Of a stretch of DNA of 64,000 nt, positions 54,390 to 63,318 are shown one piece after another (within the stretch, counting starts at the first letter, position 1; each line of letters starts with the position of its first letter). Under the pieces are notes generated by a model. It saw nothing but the letters and a program-made list of their open reading frames with translations, made no database searches and was not told the origin of the DNA. Source of the DNA: an uncultured Verrucomicrobiota bacterium. GTDB lineage: Bacteria > Verrucomicrobiota > Verrucomicrobiia > CAZIPW01. The translations under genes and the position numbers were made by a program. The DNA is taken from NCBI GenBank assembly GCA_964541905.1, contig CAZIRU010000004.1, positions 17,588 to 81,587 on the forward strand. The letters run 5' to 3'.

Positions 54390-54465
54390 TAAGGGCTTTT
54401 GTTTTGGGTGGCACGCAGCCTTGCGTCGAGCGCACCGCGAATTGCCGTGCAAAACGCCCGCGCCT

Positions 54466-55062
54466 CTACTTTACCTCAGCTATGGGGCAATCCGCGCGGA
54501 TGCCTGCAAAGTCGGCCGGGCAGGTGCGGAACTTATTCTTGTACATTCCCGATTCTTTTGGTCGCGGGTCGCGCTGATTAAACTTGGCGTTGGGCTTTTT
54601 GTCGTAGGTCACCGATACCTGTCCATGGATCGTGTGATAGGTCAGTTGTGCGATCGGCATTCCCGCATAAACACGCACGGGTTTGACGACGGAGAGCTCC
54701 ATCGTCCAAAAATTGCAAAAGCCCACGTCCCCGCGACCGGCGGTCAGGTGGATGCAAATGCCCAGCCGTCCGGTGCTCGATTTTCCGTCCAAATAGGGCA
54801 GGTGCTTATGGCTCTCGGTGTACTCAAGGGTCGAGCCCAGATACAGCGTTCCGGGCTGCAACACAAAACCCTCTTGCGGGATCTCGAAGTGCCGGAGCTC
54901 ATTTCTTTTGGCGGCGTCCAGCACGTCCATGTCATAGACGGCCAGATGCGGACTCAGATGCACATCATAGCTGTTGGAGCCCAGACATTCGCTGTCAAAC
55001 GGGTCTATTACAATGGAACCTTCGCGAATCGCCGCAAGGATAGCTGTGTCAGAGAGGACCAT
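54466..55062 (-). CDS. dcd: dCTP deaminase
   Basis: The N-terminus MVLSDTAILAAIREGSIVIDPF, plus GKSSTGRLGICIH.TAG.GDVGF and WTMELS. Confidence 0.85.
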   Translation of the reverse strand: MVLSDTAILAAIREGSIVIDPFDSECLGSNSYDVHLSPHLAVYDMDVLDAAKRNELRHFEIPQEGFVLQPGTLYLGSTLEYTESHKHLPYLDGKSSTGRLGICIHLTAGRGDVGFCNFWTMELSVVKPVRVYAGMPIAQLTYHTIHGQVSVTYDKKPNAKFNQRDPRPKESGMYKNKFRTCPADFAGIRADCPIAEVK

Positions 55063-55095
55063 CGCGATGCATTCTAAAATTCCGCGTCTCGCGGG

Positions 55096-56484
55096 TCAAT
55101 TAAATTGTGCTGGCGCGGCAGCGATTGCGGTTTTGCCGCTCTTGGAGCGCGATACCCAAACAAATCTCCCCACCATAAAGAGTCCCGAAAGCATGATGCC
55201 GCTGCAATAGCCCCACCAGACTCCTTCCGCCCCCAATTGCCAGTCAAAGCCCAAAACCCACGCCAGCGGCATTGCCACCAGCCAAAAAAGCCCCATGTAT
55301 GCGCCGGCAGGCACGACGACATCTCCGAGCCCTCTGAGCGCCCCAATACTCACGCAATCCACCCCGTCAAAAACACGGAAGAGCGCCGCAATCAGCAGCA
55401 GGCTTACGCCGATTGTTTGGATCTGCGGATCCCCGGAGAAGAGAGCAAAGATTTGCTCGCGAAAAACGATCATGCCCGCCGAGGCCGCGGCGCAAAAGAG
55501 GAGCGCCAAAAGAACTCCCCCTCGATAGATGACGCGCGCAAGCTCAAGATTGCCGGCTCCATAGGCGCGTCCCACGCGATTGGCCATCGCATAGGAGAGG
55601 CCCACGGGAATCATATAGATCGCGGCATCAATCATGCCGACGATCCGATTGGCCGCCAGCGCGCTTGCGCCGAGCGTGCCTATCCAGATGCCTCCGACGA
55701 TAAACGCAAGGTCCGAAACGACGATTTGCGCACCGCTCGAGGCGGCCATGCGCAGTTGCGTCCCCAAAAGTTCCAGCGGCACGCCCTTGCGGTCAAAGGG
55801 TTTGGCGAGGACGCCTTGCGGTTTTTTGGAGTGCAAAAAAAGTCCCGCGGCAATTATCGTTCGCGCCAGAAACGTGGCCACGCCTGCGCCGGTAACGCCC
55901 AACTCGGGGGCGCCGAGCTTTCCGTAGATAAAAACCCAATTCAAAAATATATTGAGTCCCAAGAGCGCCAGCATAAACGCAAAGGGAACCCACGGTTTGT
56001 TTAGCGCCTCATAGTAATTTCGCAGCGTCTGGAAGTTCAGGGCGGGAATGAACGAAAGGGCCACCCACAGCGCGTAAGGTTTTGCGAGTGCCGCGACCGC
56101 CGCTTCTTGCCGCATCCAGTCAAATACGGGCATCAGCCCAAGCGTCAAAACCACACCCGCCGCGCTATATACAAAGGCAGTCCACAGCCCCAAGTAAAGG
56201 ATGCCGCGCGCACGTTCGTTTTTGCCGGCGCCGAGAGCCTGTGAGGCCAGCGCCGAGACCGCTTGCCCGATCCCCAGTCCGCCAAAGAGAATCAAAACGA
56301 CCATCATCCCGCCAAAGGCCGCTGCGGCCAGGTCAAGAGTGCGATAGTGTCCCAGCATCAGCGCATCCGTCAGTTGTACCAGCGAATGTCCGACCATCCC
56401 GAGCGCGATGGGAAGCGCCAGGTGCCACGTCTTGGGGATTTCCTTGAGAAGGGCCCCAAAAGCTGCGGGTGAAAAAAGCCGCAT
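55096..56484 (-). CDS. MATE-family efflux transporter
   Basis: 462-aa, 12-TM protein with the N-terminal pattern ALPIALGMVGHSLVQLTDALMLGH typical of MATE/NorM pumps. Confidence 0.8.
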   Translation of the reverse strand: MRLFSPAAFGALLKEIPKTWHLALPIALGMVGHSLVQLTDALMLGHYRTLDLAAAAFGGMMVVLILFGGLGIGQAVSALASQALGAGKNERARGILYLGLWTAFVYSAAGVVLTLGLMPVFDWMRQEAAVAALAKPYALWVALSFIPALNFQTLRNYYEALNKPWVPFAFMLALLGLNIFLNWVFIYGKLGAPELGVTGAGVATFLARTIIAAGLFLHSKKPQGVLAKPFDRKGVPLELLGTQLRMAASSGAQIVVSDLAFIVGGIWIGTLGASALAANRIVGMIDAAIYMIPVGLSYAMANRVGRAYGAGNLELARVIYRGGVLLALLFCAAASAGMIVFREQIFALFSGDPQIQTIGVSLLLIAALFRVFDGVDCVSIGALRGLGDVVVPAGAYMGLFWLVAMPLAWVLGFDWQLGAEGVWWGYCSGIMLSGLFMVGRFVWVSRSKSGKTAIAAAPAQFN

Positions 56485-56566
56485 AATAACCGCATAACAA
56501 ATACAGGGCGTTTTGGCAAATTTTTAGACTTGGCCTGCCCAAAATTTGTTGTCAGGATGAGCGTGC

Positions 56567-57274
56567 ATGGCAGAAGAACATATTTCCCCTTCACGTCCTT
56601 TGGCGGTCGATTTGGATGGGACGCTGATCAAAACCGATTCGCTGCTGGAGGCTTGCGCGGCGCTTTGGTGCGCGGAGCCCTTTGCGTTTGTGAGGCTTCT
56701 CTTTTCGTCGGTTTTTTCCAGCGCGGCGGCGTTCAAGTGGGCGCTTTTTTCTCGCGTGGATTTGCAAACCCTTGAGGTTCCCTTTAGCGAAGCGCTCCTC
56801 GAGTGGCTGCGCGCGCAGAAGGCCTCCGGTCGCAGCCTTTTGCTTGTGAGCGCCACGCCGCAATTCTGGGTCGAGCGTTTGGCGGCGCGTGCGGCCGAAG
56901 CGGGCCTGCGTTTTGATGAAAGCATTGGCAGCACTCCGGTTGAAAATCGTCGCGGCAAGGGCAAGGCGGCGTACTTGGTCAAGCGTTTTGGCCGCGGCGG
57001 CTTCGACTACGTTGGCAACTCCCAAGCTGATATGGCGGTTTGGGCGGCGGCGGGCACGGCTTACAATGTGAACCCCTCGCGGCGGCTCGCGGAGTTTGCG
57101 CGCAAAAGGAAAATCGAGCTTTTGCAGATTGCCTCGCAGGAGCAAAGCCCTTTTATGGAGCGCTGGGATGAATTTCTGCGGATGCGCTCGGGGCTGGCAC
57201 TTTCAGCTTTTGCAGGGATGTTGACAGGGCTTGTCGGCTGGGCGGCATGGACGGGTTGGGGGCTTTTCTTATGA
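56567..57274 (+). CDS. HAD-superfamily (subfamily IB-like) hydrolase with a C-terminal TM segment
   Basis: DxDxT motif in LAVDLDGTLIKTDS. Later motifs are LLLVSATP and GNSQADMAVW. The hydrophobic tail overlaps the next gene (ATGA). Confidence 0.6.
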   Translation: MAEEHISPSRPLAVDLDGTLIKTDSLLEACAALWCAEPFAFVRLLFSSVFSSAAAFKWALFSRVDLQTLEVPFSEALLEWLRAQKASGRSLLLVSATPQFWVERLAARAAEAGLRFDESIGSTPVENRRGKGKAAYLVKRFGRGGFDYVGNSQADMAVWAAAGTAYNVNPSRRLAEFARKRKIELLQIASQEQSPFMERWDEFLRMRSGLALSAFAGMLTGLVGWAAWTGWGLFL

Positions 57275-58395
57275 TTGCACTTGACGTTACTACCACCCTG
57301 CGAAACCGTTCGCTTACGGGCATCCAGCGTGTCGTCATCGAATACCTGCGCGCCTTTCGCGAGCTGCGCGAGGACGTTCGTGCGGTGCGCGTCGAAAAGA
57401 GCAAGGGGCTTTTCGCGCTTTCCGAGCGCGAGACGACCTCGCTTCTCGAGCGCGGGCTCAACAACCGTCCGGCTTTGCGGCGCAAACGCTGGCAATGGCT
57501 GCGCAACGCGGGCGTTCCCTTGCAAATTTCCTCTACCGACGTGCTTTTTGCGCCGGAGTTTTTTGATGAGGCTCTTCTGGAATACCTCCCGCATTTTTCT
57601 CGGAGCGTTGCAATGCTGCACGATCTCAGCGCGCTCAAACATCCGCAATGGGTAACTAGCCCCAAGATGGCTGCCGCCTATCCGCGTTACGCTTTGGCTT
57701 TGTCACGTTTTTCGCGTGTAGTAGTTCCTTCGCTTGCCTCCAAGACCGATTTGGAGCGCTATTGGGATTTCCTTGAGCTTCCTTTGCGCCCGGGCGTGAG
57801 CGTCGTTGAGCACGGTCTGCGCGAGATTGGTTCCGGCGAGCTTCGCAACGCTCCTCCTTCGGATGCGCCCAAAAACCTTTTGTGTTTGGGCACGCTTGAG
57901 GCTCGCAAAAATCATCTTTGTTTGCTGGAGGCCTGCCACAAGCTCTGGCAAAACGGCGAGCATTTCACGCTGACGGTGGTTGGGGCGCAAGCTTCAAGCG
58001 GGGCCGCTGCCGCTGAGAAAATCCTCCAGCTTGCCAAGGAGGGCTTCCCCGTCCATTGGCGCGGGACGCTCAGCGACGTTGAGATTTCGCAGCTCTGGCG
58101 GAGCGCTTGGGCCTTCGTCTATCCCTCTTTCGAGGAGGGCTACGGCCTTCCGGTGATGGAAGCTCTTTCGCGCGGCGTGCCGGTCGTGTGCGGGACGGGT
58201 GGGGCCTTGCGCGAGCGCGTACGCGAGGGCGGCTGCGAAGTGTGCGAAGCTGTGGACGCGGAGGGCCTTGCGCGCGGGGTCAAAAACATCCTCAATCCCT
58301 CCGAGCGCGAGGCGCGTGCGGCCGAAGCGCGCCGTCTCAAGCCCCGCAGCTGGCACTCCGCCGCCAAGGAGCTCTTGACTCTTTTGCGAGCCTAA
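57271..58395 (+). CDS. family-4 (GT-B, Glycos_transf_1) glycosyltransferase
   Basis: The C-terminal pattern AWAFVYPSFEEGYGLPVMEALSRGVPVVCG is the EX7E GT4 signature. Confidence 0.8.
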   Translation: MIALDVTTTLRNRSLTGIQRVVIEYLRAFRELREDVRAVRVEKSKGLFALSERETTSLLERGLNNRPALRRKRWQWLRNAGVPLQISSTDVLFAPEFFDEALLEYLPHFSRSVAMLHDLSALKHPQWVTSPKMAAAYPRYALALSRFSRVVVPSLASKTDLERYWDFLELPLRPGVSVVEHGLREIGSGELRNAPPSDAPKNLLCLGTLEARKNHLCLLEACHKLWQNGEHFTLTVVGAQASSGAAAAEKILQLAKEGFPVHWRGTLSDVEISQLWRSAWAFVYPSFEEGYGLPVMEALSRGVPVVCGTGGALRERVREGGCEVCEAVDAEGLARGVKNILNPSEREARAAEARRLKPRSWHSAAKELLTLLRA

Positions 58396-58566
58396 GAGCC
58401 TATCCCGATAGGAGAGCGTAGGCGAGGCGCGAGGATTTTTGTTTTTTAGCAAGGCTTCGGAGGAGGAAGTGGGCTAGAAGCCCATACTCCGGGGGAGAAA
58501 CGCCGCTAAAAGACAAAAAGACCGCGAGTTTCTCGTCCGCGCCAGCTAACCTATCGGGATGGGCTC
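58396..58566. repeat. long-hairpin element, copy 3 (reverse orientation relative to copies 1 and 2)
   Basis: GAGCCTATCCCGATAGG (58396-58412) starts on the base after the GT4 stop. It pairs with CCTATCGGGATGGGCTC (58550-58566) as 17 bp with one G-T, and the right arm overlaps the stop of the AP2-like gene. The reverse complement of 58471-58519 matches 54241-54289 at 39/49 positions without gaps. Confidence 0.75.
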
Positions 58567-59078
58567 TAACCCTTTGCCCCTTCGTCGGCTTGGCCTTGCA
58601 GTCTTTTCTTTGCGGCGATTTTCCTGAATACGCCTGCGCCAAAGCGGCGGATGAGGCCCTTGTTGCGGATTCGGCAGGCTTTTTTCAAAGCCTTTTCCTC
58701 GCCATACTTCAAAATCGAGATGCTTGTGGTTCGCTGCACTCCCGGCATCGGGTGCCAAGTCACCAGATAATAGGGGGCGCTTGTGCCGTCGGCTTTCTTT
58801 TTGTTGACGCGGGTCACTCCGATGACTCCCGAGCGGTTTCTTTTGTTTTTGCAAACAATGTTTTTGCCTCGCACGCGGATGCCCTGACGTTGCAATCGCG
58901 AGAGTGTTTCGTCGCGGAAGAGTCGGGCGGCTGTTTGGGAAAGTCGTTTTCCGCCGGCGGCCTGATCGCTAAAAAACTTCATAATGCGCTCATCTCCCCT
59001 GACGATGCGCACCAACCAGCCGCCGCTTGAGGGCTTTTCCATTCTCGAGATATTGCGATTGGGATTCGGCAAAGCCAT
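58566..59078 (-). CDS. putative DNA-binding protein with two AP2/ERF-like repeats (tentative)
   Basis: Two segments resemble AP2-type beta-sheet-plus-helix units. They are GGWLVRIVRGDERIMKFF...AARLFRDE and GVIGVTRVNKKKADGTSAPYYLVTWHP...YGEEKALKKACRIRN. The protein is basic. Confidence 0.35.
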   Translation of the reverse strand: MALPNPNRNISRMEKPSSGGWLVRIVRGDERIMKFFSDQAAGGKRLSQTAARLFRDETLSRLQRQGIRVRGKNIVCKNKRNRSGVIGVTRVNKKKADGTSAPYYLVTWHPMPGVQRTTSISILKYGEEKALKKACRIRNKGLIRRFGAGVFRKIAAKKRLQGQADEGAKG

Positions 59079-59134
59079 GCGCCAAGCATAGGCGATTTTG
59101 CTTTTGTGGTGAAGCCCAAAAACCCGCCCGTGCG

Positions 59135-59743
59135 CTATTTTTCCTCTGGCACGGCTTCGGCTATGGCGCGGGCAAGTTCGGGTAGCAGAGCGCTCGTGCG
59201 CCGAGCAAAGTCCTCGTAATTTCCATTGCGCCAGCCGTTTTGCGTAAAGCTTCGCGAGAAGCTGTTCAGGAGCGCTCCCGCTTCGTCAAGCACCGAGACG
59301 TGGCAGCTCAATACCACTTCGCCATTGGGGGAGGCCCAAAGCTTCTCCACGCTTACGTTGATGCGCACGTCGGGCTTATACGGGCCAAAGAGGGGAGGCG
59401 TTTCCACTTGCAGAAAGTATTCTCTAAGTCCGGCGGCCAGCTCGCGTCCCAGAGCGCGTTGCAGGGGTTCGGCCCAGCGATAGTTTTCCTGATAGGCCAG
59501 CTGATAATCCGAGCGCGCTAAAATCATTCTCGGCGAACGCAGCGCGGCGGAGGTGTCCACCTTCAAAAGCACCTTCTGCTCTCTGGGAGCGAGCCCTTCA
59601 TTGGCTTTGTCGGCGACATATTCGATGCGGTAAAAATTGGCGGGGGCCGAGGAGGCCATCGGTGGGGTTAGACAGCCGGAGAGCGCCACACAGACAAAAG
59701 CGCAGAAGGCTCCGAGCGACAACAACTCATTAACTTTATTCAT
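59135..59743 (-). CDS. ABC-type transport auxiliary lipoprotein (PqiC/YmbA-like, DUF330-like)
   Basis: Lipobox LSGC. About 200 aa, directly downstream of and overlapping an MCE-domain gene, as for PqiC. Confidence 0.5.
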   Translation of the reverse strand: MNKVNELLSLGAFCAFVCVALSGCLTPPMASSAPANFYRIEYVADKANEGLAPREQKVLLKVDTSAALRSPRMILARSDYQLAYQENYRWAEPLQRALGRELAAGLREYFLQVETPPLFGPYKPDVRINVSVEKLWASPNGEVVLSCHVSVLDEAGALLNSFSRSFTQNGWRNGNYEDFARRTSALLPELARAIAEAVPEEK

Positions 59744-60635
59744 TGGCGGGTCTTCCTGTTAAGATTGCATTGGGATGTCTTTCAAGGTAATCGGTCAGGC
59801 GCGCCACCGCTTCGGCGGCATCGCTGACGTTTTCCAAAAGCCGATAAAGCCGCAAGCCAACAGCGCTTTCGCCCTGCAGCGCGCCGCCAATTTCTTGCGA
59901 AGCCCTGCCCAGTCCCACAAGCGCTTCGGCTGCGTGACGGGCCACATTTTCTTCGCGCGCCTCTTTCAAGATGGCGTCGAGCGAGGCCGCGGAATTTTGC
60001 ACCGAGGCGCCGAACTCTTTTGCGTCCACCGAAGCGAGGATGCGGTTAAGCGAAGTGGCGAGATTGCGGATGGAGTCGGCCAGTCCCGCATAATCCACAG
60101 CGTTGAGCCGGGCAAAGAGGTCGTTGGCGGAGTTGCCCAGCTCGCTGAATTGGCCGCGGACGGTGGGGATTTCGGGATAGATATCGCTTTGCGCAAAATA
60201 TTCGGGCTGGATATTGCTGGGGAAGTAATTAAGGTCCACAAAAAGCAGTCCCGTAATAAAGCTCTCAAGTTGCAGTTGGGCGCGCAGCCCTCCTTTGACT
60301 TCCTCTCGAAGGACGTCGCTGACCGAAACCTTGCGCAGCTCGGCGAGTTGTTTAAGCTGTTCGCTTTCGATTTCCATCAGCACGGGGATTCGGGCAGAGG
60401 TCTTGGCCTGATTGTAGCTGATGTAGATTTTTTTGACCTGGCCGATCGGTACGCCCTTGAATTTGACCGAAGAGCCGACCGAAAGCCCTTTTACCGAGTC
60501 CTCAAAGTACATGATATACGTCTGTGTGCTGGAAAAAAGCGAGGTTGTGCTAAAAAAAAGGAGCATGCCCAAGGCCAAAAAAAGGGCCGTTAGGACAAAA
60601 GTGCCAACTTTAATGGGAGAGATTTCCCGTGCCAT
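59736..60635 (-). CDS. MCE/MlaD-family protein
   Basis: N-terminal TM segment, then the MCE domain signature LSVGSSVKFKGVPIGQVKKI. Confidence 0.75.
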   Translation of the reverse strand: MAREISPIKVGTFVLTALFLALGMLLFFSTTSLFSSTQTYIMYFEDSVKGLSVGSSVKFKGVPIGQVKKIYISYNQAKTSARIPVLMEIESEQLKQLAELRKVSVSDVLREEVKGGLRAQLQLESFITGLLFVDLNYFPSNIQPEYFAQSDIYPEIPTVRGQFSELGNSANDLFARLNAVDYAGLADSIRNLATSLNRILASVDAKEFGASVQNSAASLDAILKEAREENVARHAAEALVGLGRASQEIGGALQGESAVGLRLYRLLENVSDAAEAVARLTDYLERHPNAILTGRPANE

Positions 60636-60713
60636 ATCAAAAACTGTTCTACGCTCTACGGCTTAAAGGCGCAAGCGGATAACAACGGATGCGTGATGTG
60701 GAATCTCCGCGCG

Positions 60714-62177
60714 CTATTTTTCCGGAGCCGCGGGATCCTCGGGCCGCGAAAAATAGCCCCAGATTCCCTCCAGCGGGAGCGCTTTTGCTGATTTTTGAGC
60801 TAGAAATTTCTGAAGATCTCCGGCAAAAGCCTTGGGGACGTCCAACGTAAAGGCGATGCGCCCCTTTCCGAGCGAAGCGGCCAGATACAGACTTCCTTTT
60901 TCTCCCGAATACGGCGCCCCCGAAAGATCGTTCCAGAGTTTCGAGGCATCCGCTTTGGCTTGCAGGCACAAGGTGGGGTAGAAGGTAAACGCCTTGCTAA
61001 GCATTTTTCCTGACGCGCCTTTCGAGCTGCCGAGGGTCTCCAAGAGGGCCGTCACGCTTTCCGCCGAGGGAGCACTCAGGATATTCCCATCGCTAAGCGC
61101 CACAAAGAGGCGTTCGGAGCCCTCTTCTTTTTTGGAGAGCTTCCAGACGCTGGCGCCGCTTACTTCAAAAGCCGTCCGTGCTTGCGTCCCCTCAAAAAAC
61201 ATTCCCGCCGCGTTGAGCGCTTGGGCGCTGGTGCTGCTATTGAAGCGCCCGGTTGCAAAAATGCGCGGGGCAGCCTCGCCCTTGTAAAAGGCAAAAGCCG
61301 CATAGCCATTCAAATAGGGTAGTGCACTTTGAAGCTCCGTGACGCTTTTGCCCGAGAGCGTTTGGTAGTGAGCCAGATATTCACTCACAACGGTCGGGTT
61401 CAAAAGCGCATAGCCATACAAGAAGGCATCGTTCACCGTTAAAAGGTTGTGAGCTTCGGGAGCTTTGGCGATGAGCTTTTGGTTAAAAAGATCGTGCAAG
61501 GGTGTTCCTTGGCGCGCGGCGAGGATAAGGATCGAGCGCAGACCCTCGGGGATGGTAAAGACGCGCAGCTCGGCATAGTCGAGGTCCTTGAGCTCTGTCA
61601 AAACGGGCTTGTACGCATCTGTCAAAAACGCGCCGAAGGGATTGCCCTCCAAGGCGCCGGCAAGTACGCTTGGGGCCAGCCGCACAAAGAAAGGGTATCC
61701 CTTGCCGTCTTCGCAAGCCTCTTTGAGGGTATTTTGAGCTTCGTTGTCAAGGGGGTGTTCTTGAGGGAACCCGATGACCCCTGGAGTATTGCCCTCTCTT
61801 TCCACAAAGGTATAGCGGCCCGAAAGGCTTTCGGTGAAGTGATCCAGCGGCCCATAATCGTCAAAGCCGGCGACGACGGCCCAAAAAACATTTTCTCCCT
61901 CCTTCAGCAGAAACAGGTCGAGCGTTTGAGTGTGGCGCTGCACCCACAGGAACATATCGCGCTGACGGCCGAGTTCCGCCACTTTGCCCAGAATCGTTTT
62001 TTCCTCGGCCTCGTTAGGAGCTTTGGTTTGCTGCCAAGCCTCGATGGTAGCGTCAAACTTTTGCCGTACCAGTTCCGTGCAGTCGGCGGGCAAAAGGTGT
62101 ATACGGAGGAGTTGTTCCGGCGCGGCTACTGCGACCGAGCACGCGAGAAAAAGGCCCAAAAGAAATCGATAATGCAT
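60714..62177 (-). CDS. secreted hypothetical protein (487 aa)
   Basis: Signal peptide (MHYRFLLGLFLACSVAVAAPE). No recognisable motif. Upstream of the MCE gene on the same strand. Confidence 0.5.
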   Translation of the reverse strand: MHYRFLLGLFLACSVAVAAPEQLLRIHLLPADCTELVRQKFDATIEAWQQTKAPNEAEEKTILGKVAELGRQRDMFLWVQRHTQTLDLFLLKEGENVFWAVVAGFDDYGPLDHFTESLSGRYTFVEREGNTPGVIGFPQEHPLDNEAQNTLKEACEDGKGYPFFVRLAPSVLAGALEGNPFGAFLTDAYKPVLTELKDLDYAELRVFTIPEGLRSILILAARQGTPLHDLFNQKLIAKAPEAHNLLTVNDAFLYGYALLNPTVVSEYLAHYQTLSGKSVTELQSALPYLNGYAAFAFYKGEAAPRIFATGRFNSSTSAQALNAAGMFFEGTQARTAFEVSGASVWKLSKKEEGSERLFVALSDGNILSAPSAESVTALLETLGSSKGASGKMLSKAFTFYPTLCLQAKADASKLWNDLSGAPYSGEKGSLYLAASLGKGRIAFTLDVPKAFAGDLQKFLAQKSAKALPLEGIWGYFSRPEDPAAPEK

Positions 62178-62424
62178 CTGCTTTATATTGAATTTTATTA
62201 AAACGCCTATTTTTGAGGGAAAAGGCGTCTTATGGCAAGGTTTTGCCCTCGGAATGCCTTTTTTTAGCCCTAAAAACGTCTTAAGCTACTGTAGTGTAAT
62301 AGTTTAATATAAAAACTCAAAAATTTAACAATTTTTTTGAAAAAAAGCTTTTACTTTTGGCAATAACTTGTCATTATCTCTTTTGAACCGTGTCGTCATG
62401 GCAGGGTTCACAAAACAAAACACT

Positions 62425-63192
62425 ATGAAAAACACTCTGACAATCGTCGCCCTTACGGCGCTTTTTGCGGGTGCGTTGTTCGCTGCCGAGACCACGACGT
62501 CTTGGGTGGACGACCTCTCCGTACAGGCTTCCGTCGGGTTTGATTCCGAGTACGTCTTCCGTGGCCGCAATATCGATCACAATGTGATCACGGCTACCTT
62601 GGACGGCTCCTACAAGCTCTACAAGGGCTCGCTCTACACAGGATTGAAGAGCATTAATGGTCAGGACTCCACCTACACTGAGACGAACCTCTACGTCGGC
62701 TATAAACTGCCGGTGTACGAGAAGTTCTCTGCTGACTTCGGTGGTACCTACTATTACTACAGCAATGACAACCCGGCAATCGACCGTACTTTCGAGCTCT
62801 ATGCGGGCTTGATCTACAACGGTCTTTATGTCAACCCGGCAGTGTATGTCTTCTACGACTTCGCTCTCGAGCAGTGGGTTGGTGAGCTCTCCGGCAAGTA
62901 CAGCTGGGATCTCTCCAAGTATGGCATGGCCAACACCTCTTTGGATGTGGGTGCCTTCTTGGGCGTTCTCGCCGCTGATGACGCTGATTCCGATCAGGTC
63001 GCTGGCGACACCAAGAACAGCTATATGTACTATGGTGTGACTGCAGACCTCGTCTACAGCTTCACCAAGACCGCTTCTGCCTCGATTGGCATTGCCTACA
63101 ACGGCAATGACGACGACCAGAGCACTGGAGACAAACTCTTCGACCGCGAGAACAGCTTCTTCTGGGGAGCCAAGTTCACCGCTGGTTTCTAA
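62425..63192 (+). CDS. outer-membrane beta-barrel protein (Gcw_chp/TorF-like, tentative)
   Basis: Signal peptide (MKNTLTIVALTALFAGALFA), alternating Tyr/Gly-rich beta-strand pattern, and the C-terminus FWGAKFTAGF ending in Phe. Confidence 0.6.
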   Translation: MKNTLTIVALTALFAGALFAAETTTSWVDDLSVQASVGFDSEYVFRGRNIDHNVITATLDGSYKLYKGSLYTGLKSINGQDSTYTETNLYVGYKLPVYEKFSADFGGTYYYYSNDNPAIDRTFELYAGLIYNGLYVNPAVYVFYDFALEQWVGELSGKYSWDLSKYGMANTSLDVGAFLGVLAADDADSDQVAGDTKNSYMYYGVTADLVYSFTKTASASIGIAYNGNDDDQSTGDKLFDRENSFFWGAKFTAGF

Positions 63193-63214
63193 TTGTAGAG
63201 TCTAGCTAAAAATT

Positions 63215-63247
63215 TGGGCCCTGCCGCAAGGTGGGGCCCATTTTTTT
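63215..63247 (+). terminator. rho-independent terminator after the OMP gene
   Basis: TGGGCC (63215-63220) pairs with GGCCCA (63235-63240). TTTTTTT follows. Confidence 0.65.
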
Positions 63248-63277
63248 GCCATGCGTTCACAATTTTTCACAAAACAT

Positions 63278-63307
63278 TTGACAAATGACAAAGGCGTGCG
63301 CTAAGAT
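63278..63307 (+). promoter_or_regulatory. candidate sigma-70 promoter of rplM-rpsI (TTGACA-N18-TAAGAT)
   Basis: Consensus -35 element at 63278-63283 and -10 element at 63302-63307. Only 11 nt separate the -10 from the rplM ATG. Confidence 0.5.
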
Positions 63308-63318
63308 AATTCCTCTTT

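Noticed and set aside
54409-54425. TGGCACGCAGCCTTGCG on the + strand after hairpin copy 2.
   Set aside because: The GG-to-GC spacing is 11 nt instead of 10, which sigma-54 does not normally tolerate. It also points into the 3' end of the convergent dcd gene, with no downstream + strand gene.
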